Made by a program: the position numbers and the translations under genes
The notes under the pieces: model-generated
The model's input: the letters and a program-made list of their open reading frames with translations, nothing else
Databases searched by the model: none
Told to the model about the DNA's origin: nothing
NCBI GenBank assembly: GCA_000320545.1
Contig: ADNK01000108.1
Location: 1-64,000, forward strand
From: Bigelowiella natans CCMP2755
Taxonomy: Eukaryota; Protista; Cercozoa
DNA: 64,000 nucleotides
Direction of reading: 5' to 3'
Part shown: one piece after another, positions 1 to 13,001 of the stretch
Layout: the number at the start of each line of letters is the position of its first letter
Position numbering within the stretch: the first letter of the stretch is position 1

Positions 1-257
1 TCGTCAGCTTATGGCGGGCAGTGCAGCCCCCCCCCCCCCCCCCTGGGGAAGGCCCATGATATTTGAGGGCTATGCGTGCCGTAGGCACATAGATAGGTTG
101 AATCGTACCCTCCCGAGTGCGCGTAGTCCCCCCCAGGAGGGACTGTCTTCAGGCCACACAGGGGGGGGGGAGGGGGGTCCTGTATCGTTGTGGTGAAATA
201 TGCAACTACCGTCATGCATCAACCCTCCCTCCCCTCCCCCCTTCCTTTCTCTCTTAG

Positions 258-1351
258 CACTGCAAGCACACCGGGCGGTGTGTGGCACGGTTTGACCACT
301 TCTGCCCGTGGGTTGATAATGTCGTGGCGGAGAACAACCGAAGGCAGTTTGTGCTCCTAGCGGTACGTGCGTCGATGATGAGATGCATGGTGGCTCTATT
401 GCCGGTGGAGGTGGAGGAGGAAAAGGAGAAGGGAATGACGAATGTCGCAGTAGTAGTATAGTAGTAGCAGCAGCAGCAGCAGCAGCAGAGGAGCAGCCCT
501 CGCTTCCTTTCTTCGGCCCCTTCCCCCCCCCCTTGATGAATCTGTAGCCATTTATATCCAAGATCGCGAGTCGTCCTTAGATGTGACTGTTTCATATGCT
601 GCCGCAGGTGGTGCAGACGACTACGACGTGGTTCTACGCAGTGCTGGTTGGCATCCACCTCAACCACCACTCGTGCTCCGACGCGCTCGCCTTCACCATC
701 GGTAAGCAAGAGCGGCGAGCGGGCGGGCGGGGGGCAGTGGGGGGGTAGAGACATTGAAGAGCAACAATGCTTTTAACGACTGTGCTCATGGAGACTGCTT
801 ACATAATATATATATATATGCTATGATTCTTCCCTCCGCCGTTAGGGCTGCCGATGATGATACACGCGTGTTTGGTCGCTACCTGGGGCCTCGCGCTAGC
901 TCAGGAGCATATTAACCTCGCCGCCAGCAACATCACTACCAACGAGAAGATGAACCAGCACAGGTATAGCTACATGCGGAGAGAGGACGGATCGCCTCAT
1001 AACCCCTTCGACAAGGGGGTCAAGGCCAACTGCCTCTACTTCTTCGGCTGCCGCCCCCAGGACGACTGGCGTGACCTTGATATCAACACCAAGTTCATCG
1101 CACCTGGGAGGAAGGGCGCCTGCTGCGCTGCCCATGCTCCCCATGGCCACGGCGGTGGAGGGGACCAGAAGAAGAAGTGCCAGAAGACGACGCAGAGTGC
1201 ACGCGGAGAAGGGGAAAGTGGCGACGAGCTTGTTGTGGATGGTGAGGTGCTGGTTGAGAACAAGCTGGATGACCCCGATCTTGAATCCGCCGTCATCGAG
1301 CAGCAAGGCCTCCTTCGAGATGACGAGCAGGGTGAAGAAGGTGGGTTGTGA
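258..1351 (+). CDS. DHHC-family palmitoyltransferase, 3' part (5' end upstream of or unresolved in the window); exons 258-362, 608-701, 846-1351
   Basis: Spliced translation HCKHTGRCVARFDHFCPWVDNVVAENNRRQF, hydrophobic segments, TTxE motif (NITTNEKMN) and PaCCT motif (NPFDKG); GT-AG introns keep frame. Confidence 0.92.
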
Positions 1352-1514
1352 TGATGGGGCTGTCGCTATTGTTGTTGTCGGTGGTGGTTGTTGTCGATAG
1401 TGGTTGGTTGTTGTGCCTGTGTGTGGTGGTGGGCGGGGGAGGTCTTAGAGACACTAACTAGCTATCCGCATCGCACGCTAGCTAGGCATGCACAACGGTG
1501 ATGATGATGATGAT

Positions 1515-1550
<36 letters not shown>

Positions 1551-1927
1551 TGTGCCAGTCTTCTTGCGGTTGGAAGGGGGGCGGGGGAGCGAGGGGGCGG
1601 AATCTCGTGCATGCTTCAATTCTATCCCCGTCTCCCCTCGATGTGAGAAATCCACACTCGAATGCCCTTCGCCTCCCTGCTCACCACATGCACCTGCAGC
1701 AGACCTCGGGGCCGGTGTGGGGTTGTAAGACCGCACGTCGCTACTGGGAACGTGGCAAAGCAAGCTCCAAAGCTACTCCGATAATCCCAGAAGCCCTTTT
1801 GTTGAAGAATGACCAGTCTTTCTTGTGGATAGGGAATCCTCTGCGAACATGCGACATACAACTCGCCTTCGCATATCGTTGAAAACCCCGTCTCCAGATC
1901 ATCAATATATGTGTGTATATATGCATA

Positions 1928-1928
<1 letters not shown>

Positions 1929-1992
<64 letters not shown>
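1929..1992. repeat. (TA)n microsatellite, representative of the many (TA)n, (GA)n, (CA)n, (CAT)n, (CTA)n, (GGA)n and poly-C tracts in introns and UTRs
   Basis: Direct reading; similar tracts at 7443, 10981, 15715, 38176, 44131 and 59384. Confidence 0.95.
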
Positions 1993-1996
<4 letters not shown>

Positions 1997-3275
1997 TATA
2001 TATTCTTCACTTTATACTCTTTTGTGTTTTTTATTTGCGTTGGTTGAGCAATGCGAAAGTTTGGTGCATTGTGCAGTTTTTCGTCATTTTAAAGACCATG
2101 CGAGCAGCCATGGAACGGTTATTTAAATGGGTCATGCGTGCGCGTCCTGCATAGTTCCCTGTCATTTAAGCAGATAGTAATAAAATCGTTCTAGTCCTAT
2201 GTGGACATGATGCTATGCTGCGGAAATAAGACCGTTTACGAGCGACGCATGCATACCTAGATACGTGCGTATTACGACATGAATTGTAGGCATTCTTTTG
2301 TATGTGCTGCATGGCTCGCTGCTAGTATGTGTGAAACGAAGCTAGCTAGCACGCTGACACGCAAGATAGTAGCACCGATACATATGCTTGCCAACATAGC
2401 TGGATAGATAGCACAGCATGATCTAAGAGAAGCTGCTAACAGTCAAAAAGAACGCACGAGAAGCAGTCTTAATGTAGTTCTAACGACTTTTGTTTACTAC
2501 TTGCCGCCATGCACAAAAGTAATTGCTATTAATGGAAATGCTACGATCGACATTGCGCTAGTTTAGGTATCTAGGCATGCCTGGCAATCTATAAGCAATG
2601 GTATGTGCTAGGCCCACCAGTTGGCGAATTGCATGTGGAACTATGCGTCCATGACCGAATTGCTGGTACAATCCTAGGAGGTACATGGCATGGGCACGTA
2701 TCGTAAATAATAGAAACGTACAAGAAGCACAATGCATACAATATCGCAGGCATTTGTAGTCCTAAGTAGTCCATCTGCTTTACGATGTTGGAGAAATGTC
2801 ATAGCTGGCTTGCTAATTGTATATCTGTATAGCAGCCATAAATCTAGAAATAGCCACGCACGTAGCTCATCATAGAACACACAGACACTATGTCCATACT
2901 TGCTAGATGTCTGTTTCCAGCAGCGCGTGCGATGCGATTACGTGGGGGCTTGGTACGCTAATTCAAGCATAGGTTTATTAGCAAGGTGGGCCCTACTAGC
3001 CTAGTTACGTTGCATCGCGCAGTTAGGTCACGATTTCAGCAGCAACCAACGAAGGGACATCCAATTGAACAGTCGAAACGAATTATGCAGCATTCTTAAG
3101 TGGTGTATTAGGTCTACAAGAAGGTACAATGAACATCTTGTTGTGGTAGTGTGTATATCCCCTCGTAAACGATTCAGTCTTGCAGAAGGCCTTGTTTCGG
3201 TTCATAGGATGAAGTGCAAAAGTGTGATATTTGCTCTCTTCACTGCCCAAACGGGACATTTGATCTTGTCAAGTG

Positions 3276-4460
3276 TCACCAAAGACCGGAGACAAGTTTC
3301 AATAATGCCTCTACCCGGTCTTCCTCCAGCATGCCCTCACCAATTCCTCCCCTCCGAGCAGCCGTAGCGATAGTCCTTTTGCTGAAATTTATGCCGGTGT
3401 GCTCCTGAAATGCAGCGAGGGTTCGGACCGTGCCCAAGCCTACAGACTCCGTCATTCCCTTTGGCGGCGCCTTCCGCCTCCCAAGGACGAAATCAACTCG
3501 CGCGTAGGCAGCCTGCTCGACGCACGGGTTCTGCTTAAGCTCGCGGAAGGTAGGACGATGCGCGCGCGACCAGAGGTGGAAGATAGCTGGCGACGAAGGG
3601 CAGAAGAAGTCCCAACCGCTCGTCCACAGCCGAACAGCCATAGAAGCCTCCTCCCCGAAGAACACATCTACTAGCCCCGCGTCGTAGGGAACCTCGCGTA
3701 TCACCTCGGCGCATGAGAATGCAAAGCCCGCTGCCCAGAAGAATGAAGGCAGCGGCTCTTTTGGCTGTCGCTGGAGCGACCGTGCGGCGATGCGGAAACG
3801 GCCAGCTGCGTCGAAGTTCTTCGCGCACAAGATCGAGGGTTTGGCTGAGGTCGGTATCCGTCCGGGGGGCTCATAGTCAGCTGGGTAGGTTGTTAGAATA
3901 GGTTTGTCGCTATGCTTCTTGCAGCTGGCTAGCATACTCAAGAGTTTGATGTCCCAGCTCCTCACAAATCTCATGTGGCTGTCGATCTGCAGGTAGAACT
4001 CCTCCCCTCTCCACAGTTTCTGAGCAAGAGCGCGGGCGTAGCACGGGCCTGGTTGTTAAGATGGTCGACACGGGATATTATAGCATGTTAAAGAATAGCA
4101 CTGATCTTTAGGTGAGTTAGGGTGGTGGAAATGGACAAGCCAGAGGTTGCAGCGATATGAACATGCAATAATGTAACAACCTTTGGCATCACTGTGATCA
4201 AGAACGACGGTTCGAATCTGCTCGGTTCGGCCTTTTGGTATATGCTCAAAGCAGTGTGCATCCTGACTAGCATGAATCTGCCAGCACACACCGGCGAAGA
4301 TGCGCTCGGGGCGCGCCGCCTTGTCGAACAGGTCTTTCAGCGTCCATTGGCACTCAGGGTCGCGGTAGCTCGGAATGGATACGAAAATTCGCGGGTGACG
4401 TTCGCCCGCTTTCTTCTCTCGTGTCCGTCCTTCCATCGCTCCCTCTTCCAGTCCCTCCAT
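3276..4460 (-). CDS. gnt1: GT60 glycosyltransferase, Skp1-hydroxyproline GlcNAc-transferase (Gnt1)-like; exons 4460-4181 and 4048-3276
   Basis: IFVSIPSYRDPEC...AKG|PCYAR...YLQIDSHMRF...WD...FWAAGFAF...FFGEE...RLWTSGWD are hallmark GT60 motifs; no signal peptide or TM segment. Confidence 0.9.
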
Positions 4461-4736
4461 CACGCGAAATGAGGAGGCGGAGGAGGCGGCGGAAAGTCTG
4501 CTTTGATCAACGCCAGAACTCGTACGAGGCTTTTGTTCCGAGCGATGCTGACGAAATGGCAAGCAAATATATGTGGTTTTGTTGGATGCGACAATGATTT
4601 TCCACCAAAAAACGGATTTAAACGCCCATAGAAACGTGGTGAGAACAGAAAATATTTTTGCTACACTTCCTTCCCTCTCTCCCGTCTCTGTCTCTCCCTC
4701 CCTCTCTTCTTCCTTCTCGTTGGGTCACTCAGCACC

Positions 4737-6676
4737 ATGGCCTCCTCCCCGATGCAATTCAAGCTGAAGGATCGCGTCCAGTACTTCTCCGTGAACCAGA
4801 GGGAGTGGTACAAAGCCACCGTGGAGGACTTCGACGCCACAAAGCACACGTAGCAACCAATGCTGAGCAGATTCCTCAACCCCTAGTTTCTGAGTGATTG
4901 CTCTGATGCCACTTACATCAGGTACACGGTAAGACTCGACGGATCCAATTACATTAAGAAGGCCACCACTGAGAAGCTCCGCCCCCTTTACGAGAAAGGT
5001 GATGCGGTTGAATACTACTCAGCTTCGCAGCTTGGCTGGTATCCAGCGACCGTAATCTCATCCACATACACAAAAAGCGGACAGTTAGAGGTTAAGGTCG
5101 ACGGCGTCGTTAAGAAGGCTAAGAATGACCAGCTTCGAAAGCCTCAAGGCCCTAAAACCAATGATATCGGACCATACTTATCCCGGGCAAATCGCCGCCG
5201 GCAAAAATACACACGCCTGACCGAGGAAGAAATGAAGGAAATGCGGTAACCGCACTGACCTCGCACAGCATTTTCCATTTGCCCGCTAAAAACGGTTTTT
5301 GTGTTTTTCCCGGCAGAAATAAAAAGGGGCAGGGGGCTTCGGTAAATGGGGGAGAGCCTGCAAGCATGTACGACAACTTCGACTGCGACGACGTTCTCGC
5401 ATCAAACGACGAGCCCCGAAAACCTACAAAGCAGCCCCAACTCACTGCAGTAGACAGCAACCAAAGTTCGGGCGGACAGTCCTGTATTTCTGCAGGCATT
5501 TCTGCTGTGGGCGGCGGTGATGATCCCGCGAGCAATTATTCTTCCATGCCGGATGATGATGCAGCAAACAACTACAATGCCATGCCTACTGAAAACATGT
5601 ACTCCTCCATGGGTGCTTCGGATGTAGGTAAAGTTCTTTCTAAAATCAGGCTAATGCTTGGTCGCGGTGATGGTGGTGATGTGGTGGTGGTAGTGATGTG
5701 GTGGTGGTGGTGGTGGTGGTGGTGGTGGTGGTTCGTCGCTTCACTGGAATAACTTCTTCATCATCCCAGATCCGAGCTCCTCGAGCAGCAAGTCGGCTGC
5801 AAAAAATTTGCGCAAAGAAGCTATCATGCGGTCTGCTGCCCCAAGCGGCGGCGTCAGAAAGGACCCCTACCTTAAAGCGAAGGCCAATGCCGCTTCGGGG
5901 CCTAGGTTGGAGACAAAGTTCATGCACACTGCAAAGTAAGATTCATCTTCTCGGTTTCCAAAGTAGAGAATATAGCTCACCTTATTCGACCTCCTGCCCT
6001 TTTCCGAAACATTCAAATCAGAGTGTGCTGTATCCCCCTGAACCCAGGAAGAGACCTTTTGGAATCGCTCAAAGAATATGTGAGCATTTTAGATGAGACC
6101 TTCATTTTTCCCCCCCCCCCCCCCCCCCTCCGTCTCTATCACGTATTCACGGACGTGTGTTTGTTTCGTCATATAAGATAGCGACATTATCACGTATGCA
6201 GGTGACAAGGATGGACATTCGCGCGGGGTATATTCAAGCATGTGTTGGAAGTACATCGACTACAGTACTCCGCCCTGCTGGAGTGTCAAAACCAAAGTCA
6301 GCACACAACCCACACACACGTACATTTTCGTAAGTCTCAAGTCTCAAGAAAATACTTCTCCAGGGTGTTCGAGGGTAAATTCGAAATAGTCTCGATGTCC
6401 GGAACAATATCCAAGGATAGCTGCCACATACACCTCTCCATATCGTACGTCTGAAGTTGCTATCAGTGCATCGTATCGTAGTAAAACAATGCTGATTGAC
6501 GAAGTATGTTTGTTAACAGAGATAGCGAATGCAAGACTTTTGGCGGGCATCTTATGAAAGGGACTATCGTGCGGACGTGCGCAGAAGTCGTGATAGGAAA
6601 CGTGCAAGGCTTGTGGTTTGCACGAGAATTAGACGAAGATTCTGGGTACGACGAGTTAGTGGTCATTGAGCATTGA
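4737..6676 (+). CDS. Protein with two N-terminal Tudor/Agenet-like repeats and a C-terminal PPC (DUF296) domain; multi-exon
   Basis: Repeats FKLKDRVQYFS..EWYKATV and YEKGDAVEYYS..GWYPATV; C-terminal LNPGRDLLESL...CVGS...FEIVSMSGTI...HIHLSISD...FGGHLMKGTIVRTCAEVVIG...RELDEDSGYDEL, stop 6674-6676. Confidence 0.8.
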
Positions 6677-6704
6677 GCGCACTTGCAATGCAAGTAGAGC
6701 AGAC

Positions 6705-6893
6705 TAAGACGGATGTAATCAATTGTCAAATTAAATTTGTTCAAATAATGGTCATCCTCATGTAGCTGTGTAATGCAGCAGTGTGTGTAGCGATGTACAT
6801 GTGAGCACACGTTTCCATGGTCAATGCTGTAAGACGGATGCAATGAATCAATTAAATTTGTTCAATGGTCATCCTCATGTAGCTGTGCAATGC
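6705..6893. repeat. Degenerate ~70-bp direct duplication (6705-6776 vs 6830-6893)
   Basis: Shared blocks taagacggatg, aattaaatttgttcaa and aatggtcatcctcatgtagctgtg. Confidence 0.85.
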
Positions 6894-7282
6894 TATGTCG
6901 CAGCTATTAGCGTTGTAATAACACATCTGCGCCAACATGTAGAACTACAACGCCAAAGCGTGCATATTGCCAGATTGCATGTGTAAAAACTAATATGTAG
7001 ATAATATAATCAATGCGTACATATGCGGGGGTCAATCCAATAAAGGCGTGGCTTATTGGGCGTGTTGATCATGATACGACAGGCTGCTCATAATCTAATG
7101 CTAGGATGCCGTGCACAGGAGCCTAGCTATGGTGCAAGCGACGCGACGACACGAATTGCTCCGAAATTCTGACGACAAGTGATGTGTAGCACGTGTCCAC
7201 CACGTAGTTATCAAGTCAAAAACTCTATTAACAAGCCATCGCTACACAATCTGGAGCCTCAATCTAACTAGGTGCAAAACTT

Positions 7283-7433
7283 TCATTCCGCTTCATTCTT
7301 AGCCTTAAGAGTGTCGTGTATCTTCTCCAATGTTGTTCCAAAGGACTTTAGGCGAACTAATGTCTTTTCGGTCTCAAGACTCAAGCCTTGTGCGGAGTAA
7401 TCCTAAAATACATTGCGAAAATATTAAAATATA

Positions 7434-7484
<51 letters not shown>

Positions 7485-7914
7485 TAAATACAAATGTGTC
7501 TATTTGTGCGATGCCCAATGATGTAGCTTAAGCCCCACAGCTTGAGAATAAAACTATTACATTTCCCTGCAGCCATTTGGCTAGCCATAGCGAGAAGTTT
7601 TCTGGGTGAGAAGATGAAGGCGCGATCCCTAGCTGTGTTTCTATCCTCACTCTGTGGGGATTATGGTGATGAGAAGGAATATCAGACGAATCATTTTGAT
7701 TGCTATCTGCCCGGTCTTCCCTGCCGCTGCTACTGCGCACTCGCACACACACACGCACACACTGCACGTACCGTGGAATATATCGGTAAATTTCATGAAC
7801 CAGGTACTCGTAGTGACGTGCGGTTTCCGCAATCTGAGGATGATATAACAATGATGAAATTCTATTTCTTTTTTACGCTAACTATCTTATTAAAAAAAAA
7901 TATGTGTGTGCTAG

Positions 7915-7952
<38 letters not shown>

Positions 7953-10397
7953 CTTGCGTGTGCGTGTCCACATGTTCTCCAAACTTCTGGTTTCTATTTT
8001 TTTCTGCATGCCACATGCAGGAAGTAGCACCTCTTTTCTGTCTTCATCGTTGGTTGGCGGAGTATCCGTGATCGTCTCGTAGCTTAGTTCCGATAGCGGA
8101 GAGCCTTCGAACACACGCTGCTCTACCTGGGTAGGCGCGTACAAGTAGGAAATGAACACAACACCCACCTTGTATCTCATACACATTGGCGCATACACTC
8201 ATGCATGGGCCGATGGAACGGTGGTCTTAATTCATGCGTTTGTAAATACGCGCATATACTTCTAATCATCATGCCGGAGGGGATATGCTATTTCTCTCTC
8301 CCTTACGATGTCTGTGACTCGGATCCTGGGCCCACAGATAGCCCTTATGTTCGCCCTTCCGTCGTCTTCAAAGAGGCACTCCTCGACACTGAGCACCACG
8401 CCGCATTGCCCGATGAGGCTCTCACCCTCCTCCGACCCTAGCTGCTGCTCAGCTGCAGCAGGCCGTGTGTACCTGTATCATCGTTACACCGAGGGGTTAC
8501 TACTCGTGTTGATCTGCGTCGCTTATCGTATTCTCTTCTTTTATGAGTACTACTCCTTCCTCCTCCTCCTCCTCCTCCTCCTCCTCCTCCTTCCACTACT
8601 ACAACTACTATGGGTGGTGGCTTATGGGCGGTTCGTGTTGATCAGAACCAAAACAACTATTGTCGTGGCTGATCTTGCTGCTGCTGTTGTACCGCCAGTA
8701 CCACAACTATTATGTCGCGGTGAGCTTTGTTTCATGTTGTTGCTGCAGTGTTTTTAAGTGTTGATGCTGCAGCTGCATTGTCATACAGATACAAGAAGCG
8801 TTTCTCCCTTTCCTCCATTGCCTAAGAGGCGGCGATCATCGAAGTAAGAAGATGATGATAATGATATCGACTGCGACGACTCTGTTGCCCCCCCCCCGCC
8901 CCCCCCTGCCCCGTGCATCACAAATGGCAGATACGTGTTTAATACATTGCTTCCCACCTCCTTAATCATGACTTTGTAGCGAGGTTCAAAGAAGTGGAAA
9001 TGGACCAATGATCCTGGTAGCTCCGGTTTGCCGTATCTGAGAAGAGTCAGTGAGGAGGAGGAGGAGGAGGATGATGATGAAAGGGCGAAGTGAATGCTTC
9101 GCACCACACTGTGCTTCATTTAGATAGTATACGCATATACCATGTTTCAATAACAATATTGTATGTGTGCTGTGGTGTAGCATTATAGTGGTATATCACT
9201 ACTTGATGACTAACTAACGTAGTATCATTACATAAAGGCTGCGAGTGTTTCCGGGAGAGAATCAGGCTGGAGAAAAGCCGACCGCTCAGAGCAAAACCTT
9301 ACTACGGAGAACGCCTGCGATGTTCGCTCGGAGCTTCCTTCGCCCTCCACGTCCTCATCGACGTCCTATACACCAGACATGCATAAACAATCAAATCGCT
9401 GGGAAGAACACGCAAAGAAATTTGTATTATTCCCGCTCTCTCTGAGTGCGACAGACAACAAAAAAAAGTTGCTAGGATTGCATTTATGTGATTGCTTGCA
9501 TCAGGTGCCAATCGACTCAGCAGCCAAGACCAAGATGATCACTACTAATTCACCACCCAACGAAAAACAAACTGGAGATGGACGACAGAACTACCTGCTT
9601 AAACTCGTCGCGTATAATATCCCGTAACTTGTTCGTATTAAGGATTGTATGCTGTGGTGACGATAAGACGACGGGGATGAGCAGACACAGGGTGAGTGTG
9701 CAAGTAAGATGGGGACGTGAGGAAGAAGATTAATGAAATTAATAATAAAAAACAGATGCTCGAGGTAAAATGTGAGGATGCGGACTCCTTTATCTGATAT
9801 TTTGCCGGATTGACGTTAATATAAACGCAAAACGGTATTTGGGCAATTTTCTGACCTGGGGAAGTTCGTATTTACTGAGAATAGGTTCCACCATATCGGG
9901 AGGAAACACTTCCGGATGCCTGCAAAAAAAAAGGGCCACAGATTCACTACTAACGCGAAATTGAGCCGAAACAAACACACAACGCGCTGCCTCTCCACGC
10001 AGCAAAAATGCATTTGCGTTCCCACTAATGCGTAAATATCAAACAACATGCTTTAGGATTTCAGTGCGAAAGAGATAGCTGCCCGAATTCGGTAGGGCTC
10101 ACTGGTTAGGGAAAGGCATCCCCGGAAGTAAGTAGTACAAGGTTGCAGGGCCGACCGCGTGTGCAAAGAACGGCGAGGTGACGATCTACCATGGTGACAG
10201 AAAAACCTCTTCAACCTTGAATATCGAAGAAGCGATCTATATAAGGACCGCACGATCGACATTTTCCCCTTCGGATCAAGTTCGCTGCTGGAGAAGTAGG
10301 GGCGTAGCTGCCATTCGTTGGAATTCGTTCGTCGAATGGTCAAGCCGTCGCTTAGCTCGCCGCCGTACAGAGAGGTTGCATTTCTGCCCTGCGACAT
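7283..10397 (-). CDS. LYR-motif plus LON-protease substrate-binding (LON N-terminal) domain protein; multi-exon; start at 10397 or 10262
   Basis: MSIVRSLYRSLLRYSR...RDIIRDEFKQ (LYR-like); LPGSLVHFHFFEPRYKVMIKE and EDDGRANIRAICGPRIRV (LON N-domain); last exon ends ...LKAKNEAE* at 7283. Confidence 0.7.
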
Positions 10398-10657
10398 GGG
10401 AATCCAACCATGTTTAGCCGCTTGCAGCTCTTTTTTTTTCTAGAAGATGAAAATGACCTCCGTTTAGGAGCTTTCTTTACTCGTCTGTGATGGCGTCGCC
10501 GTGCATTCCCCTGCGTTTTGTTGCTGGTTGTTGTAAAAGTAAGTTCTAAAAGTACCGGTAATAAGTTAGTTGCCAGTTTCCGCTTCCGTTTTCGTGTCAA
10601 AACAGCTCTGCAGGGGAGGGATGGGAAACAAGTGAGGAGCAAGAACCATATTGGAGT

Positions 10658-10974
10658 ATGAGTCAAGGTGTGAAGCGAAACCAGGCAGGAGGGATCCACG
10701 TTAGCCGGTCGATGGTGAAGGAGATCTTTGCGGTTCTGGACACGGCGCGGAAGGGTTTTATCAATGCGCGCGACCTCCGATCAACCCTCGGACACTTTAA
10801 CGGGGACTTTGATTGCAAGTTTTTAATGAATGGTAAAAAGCAGATGACAGAGGAAGAGTTATACCAAATGTTGGTAAATAATTCAATTACTGGCTTTGAC
10901 CCTGTCTTTCAATCGTTCAAGGTGGTCTCTATTTCGCAGCCACAAATGAAGGCTTCATTTATATAAATATAAAA

Positions 10975-11021
<47 letters not shown>

Positions 11022-11544
11022 TATTCAGTACAAAGATGAATTGGCTTTATTTATATATCGGCAAAAATGATGTTTATAAGATATAGATTACGCTTTGGCA
11101 ATATCCCTACAACCCTTTCACTTGCCGTAATCTTCTTCAGCCGTATGCTATGAAGACTACGAAGAGTCTGATGGATCTCAAGCGGCTGAAAGTTCTGCTA
11201 TCGAAGATGGGAGTGAAGGATGTGTCCGAAGATGATATAAATGTACCCTCATTCAATATTGGCGCAGGCTTCATATTAATTATTCTTTTTTATTTTATCA
11301 GTCTCTCAGAGAAGTGCTTGACAATGATTCGGACGGCGACCTGTCTTACCATGAATATAAAGAGTTATTATTTAATATCGATCCAAACAAGGCTGGGCAG
11401 AACTCAATTGTCAAAATGGCACTAAAGTCTGTTTCCACGGAAAAATCACATGAAAATACGAAATCATCCCGTGAATCATCAACTGGTGGGAAAAAGCAAC
11501 CTCGTGATTCATCTAGATCTCTGAACCACAAGAAGAAATCATAA
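10658..11544 (+). CDS. EF-hand (calmodulin/centrin-like) protein, 3 exons
   Basis: KEIFAVLDTARKGFINARDL and LDNDSDGDLSYHEY EF-hand loops; GT-AG introns near 10922 and 11242. Confidence 0.8.
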
Positions 11545-12193
11545 CATTAGTAGGGAGAAGGAATTCCAGTCTGAGTTTATTATGCTGTAAATTAATATCA
11601 AGGATATCTTTTTGCGATTCACGCAAATAATGTGAACTATGTTCGCCAGTGCTCGCTGCGTACAATCAATATATTTTTCACACATCGACACATATTGTGG
11701 TAAGTAGATAGAAGTAATTAGTTCTTCATGCATGTGGCGATCGCATTGTGATGAGGGTGAGCCTTGCACAGCTATGAATTCAGTGCACCACTCCACGCAC
11801 ATCTCGAGCGAATTAATTGCCTTCTCGAGCTAGGCTCCTTTCAATGCACTTGTCATGCTAATAGTAGAACTTGTGAATGAAGATGCGATCTTTACATTTA
11901 GCACTTTGTTTGCGCTGTCTAGCCGTGCATTCGTTGTTACCTTGATCAAAAGAACCACGTAATACACATGCATAGACTTTCGCCACGCATGCAAATGTTA
12001 TTGTCCTAATAAACTCATACTGTGATGTGTGCGTACGCATCGTTTCGATCACAGATCGATATGAACACATGCGCACAGTTGCACTTTAGCGTGTGCGTGT
12101 GTGCGCACGCATCATGATGAATCATCGTGAAGTCTGACAGGCTGGCAGGCACATCGCGATGTCATTGCTCCATGTGTAGTAGTTTGTGGTCGG

Positions 12194-12715
12194 TCACATT
12201 GGTGACACGTTCTGCGCATTGATTGCGTCACACGTCACAATTAAGGGAAAACGCAACGGAGTGCACACAAAAGCAAGTGCCACATTGATCCTGTCTCCAC
12301 CACTGCACAAATCGGTGTCGTGTAGTCGCACGTCATTGGACGAAGACGAGCGAATGAACAATGGCACCGACTCGAGCGTCACGCGATTTTCGACAGTCAT
12401 TTTGTGCACAAGTTTGTCTCAGCGCCCTCGCACTTGCCAGAGGTCATCACTTGCTTCACAACCAACAGCAGACTTGGCACCCAGCGTGCTGAAATCAGCG
12501 CTGCTAGCCCTCTCAAGTCCGGCGAAATCACGTCCAAAGTGCACCTTCTGCAGCACGTGTGCAGCATGCACCTTGCCTGTTGTTGCATTGTCACGCACGT
12601 GCGCAATCCGGAGAACAGGCAAGTAGCCGACGATGATTGTCGAGCTTCTTGTCGAGGACACGTCGGCTGGGCTGCTCCGTCAAGAGAAAGTTTCGGATGG
12701 ATGGATTGATTTCAT
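12194..12715 (-). pseudogene. Putative relic coding sequence eroded by TA->TG/CA mutation
   Basis: One protein-like minus frame from ATG ~12715, broken by TGA stops, His/Cys-rich and nearly Tyr-free; lies head-to-head with the 13002 gene like other gene pairs. Confidence 0.35.
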
Positions 12716-13001
12716 CACGTACGCCTAAGACGTATGTGGAGAATATCCTGTGTTTCCTTCCAAAAAAACGGATCTAAATCGGATCACGGAATCTTTTAAT
12801 TTTACATAAGCGACATAAAATCGGAAGACTCTCTACGATAAAATCGCATGTTTTTTTTGTATGTTGGCCCCATAAAAACCAGAAGAAAATAAATGACGTG
12901 CTGCCCCCCTCCTCCGGAAGTTTGTTGATCACCACTTGGTAAAGAATAGCCTAGCAAGCTCATCCTCGACGCTGGTACTGGATCATAGATTGGGATTTAG
13001 T

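Noticed and set aside
12194-12715. In-frame TGA as Trp/Sec recoding in the relic frame
   Set aside because: Other genes here use TGA as stop, and mutational decay explains the stops
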